DNA of 38,749 bases from positions 26,183-64,931 of the forward strand of contig FR890536.1 in assembly GCA_000433415.1 (NCBI GenBank), written 5' to 3'. Positions within the stretch are counted from its first letter, which is position 1, and every line of letters begins with the position of its first letter. A program made the translations under genes and the position numbers. A model generated the notes under the pieces. It made no database searches, was not told the DNA's origin, and saw only the letters and a program-made list of their open reading frames with translations. Source of the DNA: Clostridium sp. CAG:448 (GTDB taxonomy: Bacteria > Bacillota > Clostridia > Oscillospirales > CAG-272). Shown here in pieces: positions 23,556 to 31,724 of this stretch.

Positions 23556-25013
23556 ATGGCAAAAGAGAAAAGAGTCGAGCAAATCACGTCCATGGACGTC
23601 GATTTTGCGCAGTGGTACACCGACGTTGTAAAAAAAGCTGAGTTGGTTGATTACTCCGGTGTGCGCGGATGTATGATTATCCGCCCTTATGGCTATGCCA
23701 TCTGGGAAAACATTCAGCGCGACCTGGATGCACGTTTCAAGGCATTGGGGCACGAGAATGTCTATATGCCTATGTTTATTCCGGAATCCCTTCTGCAAAA
23801 GGAGAAGGATCACGTGGAAGGATTTGCGCCCGAGTGCGCATGGGTGACCATCGGCGGGCAGAACCAGCTGAGCGAGCGTCTGTGGCTGAGCGAGCGTCTG
23901 TGCGTCAGACCGACTTCCGAAACGTTGTTCTGCGAGCACTATCGTAACATTATCCAGTCCTATCGGGATCTTCCGAAGCTCTACAATCAGTGGTGCAATG
24001 TTGTGCGTTGGGAAAAAACCACCAGACCGTTTTTGCGGACTTCCGAGTTCCTCTGGCAGGAGGGACATACCATGCATGAAACCGAGGAGGAGGCAAGGGA
24101 AGAAACGTTGCGGATGCTTCATGTTTATGCCGATTTTTATCGGGAAGCATTGGCGATTCCCGCCATCATCGGGCAGAAAACCGAGAAGGAAAAGTTTGCA
24201 GGTGCCGAGGAGACCTATACCATTGAGCCCATGATGCACAACGGCTATGCCCTGCAGGGCGGTACTTCCCACTATTTCGGCACCGGCTTTACCAAGGCTT
24301 TTGATATTACCTACACTGCGCGTGACAATACGATCAAATATCCGCACCAGACTTCCTGGGGGCTTTCTACCCGTTCCATCGGTGCGATTATTATGACGCA
24401 CGGGGACGATAACGGCTTGATTCTGCCGCCGGTTGTTGCACCGATTCAGGTGGTGATTATCCCTGCGGCACAGCATAAACCCGGTGTTCTGGAAAAGGCA
24501 AATGAGGTCAAGGCACGCATTGCCGCAAAGGGAATCCGTGTCAAACTGGACGACAGCGATCAGTCGGCGGGTTGGAAATTCAGTCAGTATGAGATGAAGG
24601 GCGTTCCGGTCCGTCTGGAAATCGGTCCCCGCGATATTGAAGGAAATGTCTGCGTGCTTGTTTCCCGCGCAACCGGCGAAAAGAAGACCGTGTCGCTGGA
24701 TGCCCTGGAGGATGAAGTCGCAGCAATGCTGACACAGGTGCATGACGAGCTGTATGCCCGTGCGGAGAAGAATCTCCGTGAAAAACTGTACACTGCAACC
24801 ACTTACGAGGAATTTTTGGACATTGCCGCTAACCGCCCCGGCTACATCAAGGCAATGTGGTGCGGCGATAGCGCATGCGAGGAAAAGATCAAGGATACGA
24901 CCGGCGGAGTGAAATCCCGGTGCATTCCGTTCACGGAAGAGCATCTGTCCGACGTTTGCGTTTGTTGCGGAAAGCCGGCAAAGCATATGGTGGTTTGGGG
25001 CAGACAGTACTGA
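23556..25013 (+). CDS. proS: proline--tRNA ligase (archaeal/eukaryote-like short form)
   Basis: Start trimmed to ATG 23556 (AAAGGAA SD). [74 protein letters not shown], and the C-terminal zinc-binding CxxC region CGDSACEEK...CVCCG. Confidence 0.92.
   Translation: MAKEKRVEQITSMDVDFAQWYTDVVKKAELVDYSGVRGCMIIRPYGYAIWENIQRDLDARFKALGHENVYMPMFIPESLLQKEKDHVEGFAPECAWVTIGGQNQLSERLWLSERLCVRPTSETLFCEHYRNIIQSYRDLPKLYNQWCNVVRWEKTTRPFLRTSEFLWQEGHTMHETEEEAREETLRMLHVYADFYREALAIPAIIGQKTEKEKFAGAEETYTIEPMMHNGYALQGGTSHYFGTGFTKAFDITYTARDNTIKYPHQTSWGLSTRSIGAIIMTHGDDNGLILPPVVAPIQVVIIPAAQHKPGVLEKANEVKARIAAKGIRVKLDDSDQSAGWKFSQYEMKGVPVRLEIGPRDIEGNVCVLVSRATGEKKTVSLDALEDEVAAMLTQVHDELYARAEKNLREKLYTATTYEEFLDIAANRPGYIKAMWCGDSACEEKIKDTTGGVKSRCIPFTEEHLSDVCVCCGKPAKHMVVWGRQY
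23868..23903 (+). repeat. in-frame 18-bp tandem duplication inside proS
   Basis: CTGAGCGAGCGTCTGTGG (23868-23885) is directly followed by CTGAGCGAGCGTCTGTGC (23886-23903), 17/18 identical. Encodes [12 protein letters not shown] just before the conserved VRPTSET. Confidence 0.95.
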
Positions 25014-25036
25014 TCCCGTAAAAACAGAATGAGTAT

Positions 25037-25072
25037 CAGGGCAGCCGACAGCATGTGACTGCCCTGTTTTCT
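25037..25072 (+). terminator. intrinsic terminator after proS
   Basis: CAGGGCAG (25037-25044) pairs with CTGCCCTG (25059-25066), followed by TTTTCT. Confidence 0.7.
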
Positions 25073-25105
25073 CGAAAGAAAAGCCGGAAAGGAGGTGCGC
25101 AAAGC

Positions 25106-26224
25106 GTGGGAAAGCTGTTCCGGCGGATATTTTGCAACATGGACCCGGTGCTGTTCCTTTGTACATTGGGATTGTCCGGCATCAGCATTCTGACCATTGT
25201 CGGTGCCGTAGATAACTTCGGTATGAGCAAGCTGAAAATGCAGATTGCCATGACACTGGCTGGGATTGTCATCTCTGTTCTGATTTCGCATGTTGATTAC
25301 CACTTTATTGTGGACAAACTGTGGGTTCCCATGTTGATTTTTTCGGTCGGCATCCTGGCCATAACGCTTTTGTTCGGTTCTTCCGGGGAAAATCGGGAAA
25401 CGACCAATAAAAGCTGGCTGATTATCCCGATTGTGAAAATTGGCATACAGCCGTCGGAGTTTGTAAAAATTACTTTTTTATGCACTTTTGCCCGGCATCT
25501 TTATACGGTCCGGAACCGGATCAACAGACCTTTGACGCTTCTTTGGCTTGGCTTACATGCAGGCGCGGTTGTTGGGCTGATTCTTTTGTCCGGAGATCTC
25601 GGTGTTGCAATGGTGTACATCTGCGCGATCGTCATTCTGTTGTTTTGCGCGGGGATCAGTATGTGGTACTATCTTGGTGCTGCGGTTGCTCTGGCGGTTG
25701 CGTTTCCGTGGCTTTGGAATCACCTGGAGCCTTACCAACAGAAGCGGATTATCGTCGGATTCAATCCGGAATTGGATCCGTTGGACAAGGGGCAGCAGCC
25801 GTTGCGCTCAAGGCAATGTATCATTAACGGCGGCTTTTCCGGCAGAGGACTGTTTTCCGGCGGATTGTATGAAGATCTTGCTGCTTCACACACCGACTTT
25901 ATTTTCGCAACCGTCTGTGAGAAGTTCGGCTTCGTCGGCGGTGTTGCTGTAATCGGACTGTTACTGGCTCTGGTTATCCGTGTTTTGGTGATCGCAAGCA
26001 AGGCAAAGGGGGACTACGGCAGATTTCTCTGCATCGGTGTTGCCGCATACATTATTGTACAGACATTGGAAAATCTCGGCATGTGTCTTGCCATGTTGCC
26101 TGTAGTTGGGGTTACGCTGCCGTTTATTTCCTGCGGCGGCTCCTCTATGTTGGCAACCTATATTCTGATCGCCATTGTGCATAGCGTGCAGGCGCACAAA
26201 ACAAGTTCCGAGCGATTGTCATAA
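25106..26224 (+). CDS. SEDS family peptidoglycan glycosyltransferase (RodA/FtsW/SpoVE family)
   Basis: GTG 25106 is chosen because the ORF-track start lies within the proS terminator; GGAGG lies 10 nt upstream. IQPSEFVKITFL, TDFIFATVCEKFGFVGG, LPFISCGGSSMLA. About 9-10 TM helices. Confidence 0.88.
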   Translation: MGKLFRRIFCNMDPVLFLCTLGLSGISILTIVGAVDNFGMSKLKMQIAMTLAGIVISVLISHVDYHFIVDKLWVPMLIFSVGILAITLLFGSSGENRETTNKSWLIIPIVKIGIQPSEFVKITFLCTFARHLYTVRNRINRPLTLLWLGLHAGAVVGLILLSGDLGVAMVYICAIVILLFCAGISMWYYLGAAVALAVAFPWLWNHLEPYQQKRIIVGFNPELDPLDKGQQPLRSRQCIINGGFSGRGLFSGGLYEDLAASHTDFIFATVCEKFGFVGGVAVIGLLLALVIRVLVIASKAKGDYGRFLCIGVAAYIIVQTLENLGMCLAMLPVVGVTLPFISCGGSSMLATYILIAIVHSVQAHKTSSERLS

Positions 26225-26229
26225 TTGAT

Positions 26230-26279
26230 CCTTCCCGCACATAAGATGCAGCAGAATGATTTGCGGGGAGGATTTTTTC
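26230..26279 (+). terminator. terminator-like hairpin after the SEDS gene that includes the SD of the next gene
   Basis: CCTTCCCGCA (26230-26239) pairs with TGCGGGGAGG (26262-26271) with one G-U pair, followed by ATTTTTTCT and then immediately ATG 26281. Confidence 0.55.
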
Positions 26280-26280
26280 T

Positions 26281-26823
26281 ATGTTTGTTTATTCCATGCG
26301 TGCAAGTACACTCAAATTTGTCGGTGTTGTTTGTGTGGCGTTGGCGGCGTTGATTGCCCTGATTGCGTTTGTGCCGACCTATGCGGTCGGAAAGGATGCA
26401 CCGGCAGGGATACAGGAGGGAGAAGTGCGTACAGAGGCGAGCGGTTCAAGCAGCGGGACAGTCAGTCGTTCTTATGATAAAATCCGGAGCGCGGAGGATG
26501 CGGCTGCATTCCTGTCACAATTCGGATGGCAGGTGGATGCGGCGGGTGTCCAAAGTGTCCAGGTCACTGTTCCGGCTCGTTTTGATAAAATTTTTGCGGG
26601 ATACAATCAAATGCAGAAAGAGCAGGGATGCGATTTGTCCAAATACAAGAATAAGCAGATTATGCGTTATACCTTTGCAGTGACCAATTATCCGTCGTAT
26701 GAAGAAACCGTGTACGCGAATGTGTTGGTTTATCGCAATCGTGTAATCGGGGGTGACATTTGTTCTGCAGATGTGTCCGGTTTTGTGCACGGGTTTGAAC
26801 GTCCCGTACAAGAAAACAACTAA
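26281..26823 (+). CDS. DUF4830 domain-containing membrane-anchored protein
   Basis: N-terminal TM LKFVGVVCVALAALIALIAFV. The C-terminal pattern AAAFLSQFGWQV...YNQMQKEQGCDLSKYKNKQIMRYTF...VIGGDICSADVSGFVHG matches my recollection of DUF4830. Confidence 0.65.
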   Translation: MFVYSMRASTLKFVGVVCVALAALIALIAFVPTYAVGKDAPAGIQEGEVRTEASGSSSGTVSRSYDKIRSAEDAAAFLSQFGWQVDAAGVQSVQVTVPARFDKIFAGYNQMQKEQGCDLSKYKNKQIMRYTFAVTNYPSYEETVYANVLVYRNRVIGGDICSADVSGFVHGFERPVQENN

Positions 26824-26876
26824 GTATTTGTTGATTTGGTCAATAATACGAAAATGAAAAATAATCGATTTTTTAC

Positions 26877-26905
26877 TTGACAACGTGAAGGGCGTGTGTT
26901 ATAAT
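26877..26905 (+). promoter_or_regulatory. sigma-A consensus promoter for the small lipoprotein gene
   Basis: TTGACA (26877-26882), 17 nt, TATAAT (26900-26905), with an extended -10 TG. Confidence 0.65.
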
Positions 26906-26955
26906 AGTGACGGAATCGGGAAACCGGTTAACCGAATTTCAATGGAGGAAAAATC

Positions 26956-27327
26956 ATGAAGGTTCTTACAAAGGTTCTGGCTATCGTTCTTGCGGCAACC
27001 ATGCTTTGCTTTGTCTTTGCATCCTGTGCGGAAACTGTTTCCGGTACATATGCAGGTGAGCTTGACCTGGGTGTCGCTAAGGCAGCAGTTGAGTACAAGT
27101 TCAGCGGCAGCAAGGTTACCATTACCTACACGGCCAAGATTCTTGGAGTTGAAACCAGCAAAACCCTGGAAGGTACTTACAAGATTGAGACCAAGGACGA
27201 GAAGAAGACCATGACGATCACTCTTGATACCAAGGATGACAACGCTGCGAAGTTCAGCGGTTCTCATTCTTACGAAAAGGGCGACGGGTTCATCAAGTTG
27301 GATGGCGTTCAGCTCAACAAAAAGTAA
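26956..27327 (+). CDS. small secreted lipoprotein, unknown function
   Basis: GGAGG SD. Signal peptide MKVLTKVLAIVLAATMLCFVFASC with lipobox FASC. The mature part is Lys/Thr-rich and looks beta-rich. Monocistronic, between its own promoter and terminator. Confidence 0.8.
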   Translation: MKVLTKVLAIVLAATMLCFVFASCAETVSGTYAGELDLGVAKAAVEYKFSGSKVTITYTAKILGVETSKTLEGTYKIETKDEKKTMTITLDTKDDNAAKFSGSHSYEKGDGFIKLDGVQLNKK

Positions 27328-27334
27328 TTAAACA

Positions 27335-27375
27335 ACAAAACAAAATGCGGCGCAAGCCGCATTTTGTTTTGTTTG
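27335..27375 (+). terminator. intrinsic terminator after the lipoprotein gene
   Basis: AAAACAAAATGCGGC-GCAA-GCCGCATTTTGTTTT, a long perfect stem with a GNRA loop and a T-rich tail. Confidence 0.85.
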
Positions 27376-27403
27376 AAGAGTCCCGGCACCCTGGGATTGC
27401 CGA

Positions 27404-27432
27404 TTGACAAAAAAGTGTGCCGGGTATATAAT
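27404..27432 (+). promoter_or_regulatory. sigma-A consensus promoter for birA
   Basis: TTGACA (27404-27409), 17 nt, TATAAT (27427-27432). Confidence 0.6.
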
Positions 27433-27463
27433 GGAGCGAGAAGCAGTGAGGGGCGGTGCGTAT

Positions 27464-28234
27464 ATGAATGCGGAACAAAGACAGAAGACGGTCATGTCAT
27501 TTTTGCATGAGGCGGATATTTGCGTGGTGTGTGCGGATGTGGTGGATTCCACAAATGCCGTGCTCCGGAAAGAGGCATCGGGCGGTGCGCAGGAGGGGCT
27601 GGTGTTACTTGCGGACAGGCAGACCGCCGGACGCGGCAGGGGAGATCATAGCTTCCGGTCTCCGGGGGGCTGCGGCATCTATATGAGTATTCTTTTGCGC
27701 CCGTCTTTACCGATGACGCAGATTCCGCTGATCACGCCTATGACCGCGGTGGCTGTTGCCGATGCGGTCATGGAAATTTGCGGGGTGCAGTGCGGGATCA
27801 AATGGGTAAACGATTTGTATGCAGGCGAAAAAAAAGTCTGCGGAATCCTTGTTGAGGGTGCCGCAGACGGGAACGGACATCTGGACTATGCCGTTTGTGG
27901 GATCGGTATCAACGTATACGAACCGGAAGGCGGGTTCCCGCAGGAAATTCAGACGATTGCGGGTGCTCTCCTGTCAGAACGGACCGATCCGCTTTTAAGG
28001 GAGCGACTGGCAGCATCCGTGCTTACACATTTCTTCCGTTTGTATCGGGCTTTGCCCGATCGGGGATTTCTCGGTGCATACCGCGACCGCTCCGTTTTAC
28101 AGAACCGATATGTGACGGTACGCGAAAAGACGGCGCTGGTATACGGAATCGACGATGACTGCCGTTTACTTGTCCGGTATGCGGACGAATCAACCGAAGC
28201 ACTGGACAGCGGGGAGGTCAGTATCAGACTCTGA
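27464..28234 (+). CDS. birA: biotin--[acetyl-CoA-carboxylase] ligase (class I, no N-terminal HTH)
   Basis: Start trimmed to ATG 27464, downstream of the promoter. GRGRGDHSFRSPGGCGIYMSILLRP, GIKWVNDLY, KKVCGILVEG. Confidence 0.88.
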   Translation: MNAEQRQKTVMSFLHEADICVVCADVVDSTNAVLRKEASGGAQEGLVLLADRQTAGRGRGDHSFRSPGGCGIYMSILLRPSLPMTQIPLITPMTAVAVADAVMEICGVQCGIKWVNDLYAGEKKVCGILVEGAADGNGHLDYAVCGIGINVYEPEGGFPQEIQTIAGALLSERTDPLLRERLAASVLTHFFRLYRALPDRGFLGAYRDRSVLQNRYVTVREKTALVYGIDDDCRLLVRYADESTEALDSGEVSIRL

Positions 28235-28238
28235 AGGT

Positions 28239-29132
28239 TCAATGATGTGTTGCCAGAAATGCGGCTACTTCCTCCTTTTGCGGGATGGAAGGCGACGCGC
28301 CCTTGCGTGACACCGAAATGGCAGATGCGGCGGATGCGGGGCGCAACGCTTCTGCGGGTGACGAACCGTTCGCAATTGCCGTGACAAAATATCCGGTAAA
28401 GGTGTCACCTGCTGCGGTGGTGTCGGCAACGGGGACGGAAAAGATCGGTTGGCGGGTGCGGATGTGCCCATCGTCGTAGATTGCACCGTTTTCTCCGAGC
28501 GTCAGCACAACACACAAAGACGGATAGGATCCGCGCAGTGCAGAGAGGATTGCATCCGGGTCGGATTTGTCGGTAATCTGCCTGCCTTCGGTTTCATTGA
28601 GGAGCAGATAGGCGACTTTCTCAAAGGGAATATCGGCAAGTTCCTCATTGTAGGGGGATGGATTCAGCACAACGCGCATGCCTGCTTTGTACGCGCGTTC
28701 CACCATGTAAAGAGGTAGGTTCACCTCGTTTTGCATAACCAGGATATCGCCCGGTTCGCATTCGCCGATCACCCGGTCGATATAGTCCCGGTCAAGACTG
28801 CGGTTGGCGCCTCCGTAAAGCAGAATGCAGTTGTTTCCGGTCATATTGACCTGAATCATTGCGTGCCCTGTTGGTATTTCGCGGTGCAGAAGCAAATGGG
28901 TATCCACACCGGCATCGGTCAGCGCCCTTTCCAGTGCGCCACCTTCCGGTCCGATTGCCCCGGCGTGCAGAACCTGTCCGCCAGCCCTTGCCAGCGCAAT
29001 CGACTGATTCAGCCCCTTGCCCCCGCAAAAGACCTCCCGCGCAGTGGAGGCCAATGTTTCGCCGGCGGCGACAAAATGAGGGACCGTATATACGTAATCA
29101 AGATTAAGGGATCCGATGTTCAGAATTTTCAT
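28239..29132 (-). CDS. rbsK: ribokinase (PfkB family)
   Basis: MKILNIGSLNLDYVY, FCGGKGLNQSIALARAG, and the anion-hole/catalytic motif DTTAAGDTFTGYF. Its stop lies 4 nt from the convergent birA stop. Confidence 0.88.
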   Translation of the reverse strand: MKILNIGSLNLDYVYTVPHFVAAGETLASTAREVFCGGKGLNQSIALARAGGQVLHAGAIGPEGGALERALTDAGVDTHLLLHREIPTGHAMIQVNMTGNNCILLYGGANRSLDRDYIDRVIGECEPGDILVMQNEVNLPLYMVERAYKAGMRVVLNPSPYNEELADIPFEKVAYLLLNETEGRQITDKSDPDAILSALRGSYPSLCVVLTLGENGAIYDDGHIRTRQPIFSVPVADTTAAGDTFTGYFVTAIANGSSPAEALRPASAASAISVSRKGASPSIPQKEEVAAFLATHH

Positions 29133-29233
29133 AGCTGTAAATACTCCGATCTTTTGATGATTGCCTTTATTATAGCAGATTCAAAACAAAAAAACAAGAG
29201 AAAAAGTGCATTGCTACAGTGGAAGGAGAAACC

Positions 29234-29986
29234 ATGGAACTGTCCTGGAAAGAGCGTATTCTGTATTTTTTGTTCCCGCCCAAGTGCGCCGGATGCGGGG
29301 AATTGCTGGATTTGCGTGCGGAAGACCGCTCGGGACTGGTATTCTGTCCGGCATGCATGCGCAAATGGAGGCGGGCAAAACTGGAGCCGTGCCCCTGCTG
29401 CGGCGGGTTTATTTCCGACTGTGCGTACCTGCCAGCGCGTTTCCCGAAAAGTGCATGTACGGCGTTGCTCAAACTGACATTTTATAAACCGGATGCCGAT
29501 GGGTATGTGCCCAACCGCTTGGTTTATCGGTTGAAGCATGCGGATCAGTCTCGTTTTTTCGATTTTGCCGCGGTGGAATTGCGGGAGAAGCTGGTTGCCT
29601 ATCTCCACAAAAACAAAATTTCTGTGGAGGATTTATGTTTTGCGTGGATTCCGCGCCGTCCTGCCGCCATTGCCAGGGACGGGTGTGACCACGCGGCGGA
29701 AATCACACGCCGCCTCGCCGGGATGCTTGGAGTCCCCGCACGTCCGCAACTGATTTTGCGTCATAGCGGAAAAGAAGAAAAGGGATTGAACAGCAGGGAG
29801 CGTTCCGTCAATATGAAAAAGACCTTGTATTTGCGTCATGATGCCGCAGAGGTGATCAAAGGGAAGACTGTCGTGGTGGTTGACGATATTTTTACCACGG
29901 GTGCCGGGATGGCGGTAGCGGGAACTTTGCTGCACGGTGCCGGTGCCGATGCGGTGATTTGTCTGGTGGTGTCGAAAACGGTTTGA
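29234..29986 (+). CDS. ComF family protein (ComFC-like phosphoribosyltransferase-fold protein)
   Basis: AGGAG SD before ATG 29234. N-terminal Cys clusters CAGCG...CPAC...CPCCG. PRT-type loop VVVVDDIFTTGAG. Confidence 0.8.
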   Translation: MELSWKERILYFLFPPKCAGCGELLDLRAEDRSGLVFCPACMRKWRRAKLEPCPCCGGFISDCAYLPARFPKSACTALLKLTFYKPDADGYVPNRLVYRLKHADQSRFFDFAAVELREKLVAYLHKNKISVEDLCFAWIPRRPAAIARDGCDHAAEITRRLAGMLGVPARPQLILRHSGKEEKGLNSRERSVNMKKTLYLRHDAAEVIKGKTVVVVDDIFTTGAGMAVAGTLLHGAGADAVICLVVSKTV

Positions 29987-30036
29987 GCCGGATTGAATCG
30001 TGGAGAAAATAAAAATGAATAATTCTCTAAAACATA

Positions 30037-30065
30037 TTGCATTTTCAACTGGGCTGTGTTATAAT
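30037..30065 (+). promoter_or_regulatory. sigma-A type promoter for the citrate synthase gene
   Basis: TTGCAT (30037-30042), 17 nt, TATAAT (30060-30065), with an extended -10 TG. Confidence 0.6.
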
Positions 30066-30099
30066 AAAGGTCCAAATTTGCAAGATTAGGAGAATGGCT

Positions 30100-31488
30100 A
30101 TGCGTTATTACGTTCCTGAACGTTCGGATATTACCCAGGAAGAATTGGATGAAGATTTTGATGCCCTGTACCAATTGGCGCAGCCGGCGTACCGGATTCC
30201 CAAAGAGGCTTTTGACAGTTACCGTGTAAAACGCGGGCTTCGCGAGGCTGACGGAACGGGGGTCACTGCCGGTGTGACGCGGATCGGTAACGCCCATGGC
30301 TACGTGGTGAACGAGGGGGAGAGAACCCCTGTGGAGGGTAGCCTGCAATATCGTGGATATGACCTTTATGATCTGATCGAGAACTTTGTCAAAGAGGGAA
30401 GGTTCGGCTTTGAGGAATGTGCGTATCTGTTGCTCTTCGGAAAACTGCCGAACGCAGAAGAACTCCGACATTTTTGCGAACTGTTGGACGCTTACCGCTT
30501 TTTACCGCCGCGTTTTACCGAGGATATTATCATGAAGGCGCCTTCCCGCTCCATTATGAACAAGATGGAGATGGGGGTATTGGCGCTGTACGCATACGAC
30601 GACGATCCGGACGGGACCGGTCTTTCCAATATGCTGCGGCAGAGCATGGAAATTCTGGCACGTTTGCCCGTGATTGCAGCGCAGGCGTATGCGGTTTACA
30701 AGAACGTGTTTTACTATAAAAGTCTGAATATCCACAATCCGCGCAGTGAACTGAGTACGGCAGAAAATTTTCTGCGTGTGTTGCGACCGGACAAGAGCTA
30801 TACTGAGGAGGAAGCACGCCTTCTGGATTTGTGTCTGGTGGTGCATTCCGAGCACGGCGGAGGAAACTGTTCGACCTTTGCAACCCGTGTGCTGTCCAGT
30901 TCCGGTACCGATACTTATTCGGCAATTGCCGCCGGTATCGGCGCACTGAAGGGTCCTAGGCATGGCGGAGCGAATATCAAGGTGCAGGAGATGTTTGACT
31001 GTATCAAGGAGAATGTGGGCAACCCAAAGGATGACGGGCAGTTGAAGGACTATCTCTTGCGGATTCTTCGCGGGGAGGTAAATGACGGGAGCGGCTTGAT
31101 TTACGGAATGGGACATCCTGTCTACACGCTTTCCGATCCCCGTGCGGTTCTTTTGAAAAAGTATGCCAGAAAATTGGCGTATGAGAAAGGGTACGGGGAC
31201 GACTTTGAGTTGCTTTGCTCCATTGAGCGTCTGACACCGGATGTGTTCAATGCTTACAAAGGAACGCACAGCCAGATGTGTGCCAACGTGGATCTGTATT
31301 CCGGGCTTGTTTACCGGATGTTGGGGATCCCGGTGGAGATGTATACACCGTTGTTTGCGATTGCACGTGTGGCGGGCTGGTGCGCACACCGGATGGAGGA
31401 GTTCTGCACTTCCCAGAAAATTATCCGCCCGGGCTACAAATGCCTGATGAAAGAGGAAGCGTATATCCCTTTGGCGGAACGCTCCTGA
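30100..31488 (+). CDS. citrate synthase (citrate/2-methylcitrate synthase family)
   Basis: Start at ATG 30100 (AGGAG 7-8 nt upstream; ATG 30094 is an alternative). HSEHGGGNCSTFATRV, LKGPRHGGAN, GMGHPVYTLSDPRA, NVDLYSG. Confidence 0.9.
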   Translation: MRYYVPERSDITQEELDEDFDALYQLAQPAYRIPKEAFDSYRVKRGLREADGTGVTAGVTRIGNAHGYVVNEGERTPVEGSLQYRGYDLYDLIENFVKEGRFGFEECAYLLLFGKLPNAEELRHFCELLDAYRFLPPRFTEDIIMKAPSRSIMNKMEMGVLALYAYDDDPDGTGLSNMLRQSMEILARLPVIAAQAYAVYKNVFYYKSLNIHNPRSELSTAENFLRVLRPDKSYTEEEARLLDLCLVVHSEHGGGNCSTFATRVLSSSGTDTYSAIAAGIGALKGPRHGGANIKVQEMFDCIKENVGNPKDDGQLKDYLLRILRGEVNDGSGLIYGMGHPVYTLSDPRAVLLKKYARKLAYEKGYGDDFELLCSIERLTPDVFNAYKGTHSQMCANVDLYSGLVYRMLGIPVEMYTPLFAIARVAGWCAHRMEEFCTSQKIIRPGYKCLMKEEAYIPLAERS

Positions 31489-31500
31489 ATATTCCGCTCC

Positions 31501-31540
31501 GGCGAGGGTTGCCTGTAAAACGACCCTCGCTGATTTTTTA
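31501..31540 (+). terminator. intrinsic terminator after the citrate synthase gene
   Basis: GCGAGGGT (31502-31509) pairs with ACCCTCGC (31523-31530), followed by TGATTTTTTA. Confidence 0.75.
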
Positions 31541-31640
31541 CGCAAAAGCGTGGTCGTTAAGACATTCAGTACGCCCTCGTGTAAAATCCTCTCCCGGTCA
31601 GACAAATGCCTTTGCGCGCCGAAAAATGTTGATTTACCCC

Positions 31641-31669
31641 TTGCAAGACAGAAAAAAATGTGATATAAT
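31641..31669 (+). promoter_or_regulatory. sigma-A type promoter for the exonuclease gene
   Basis: TTGCAA (31641-31646), 17 nt, TATAAT (31664-31669). Confidence 0.6.
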
Positions 31670-31724
31670 AAAATGAATGTTTGTGTATATTTCTTTTACC
31701 ATAAAAGAAACCGGGAGGTTTGAT

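Noticed and set aside
28234-28239. Four-nucleotide gap between the convergent birA and rbsK stops as a possible regulatory feature
   Set aside because: No hairpin or conserved element is visible around the junction. It is most simply tight packing, with transcription reading into the opposite gene or terminating inside it.
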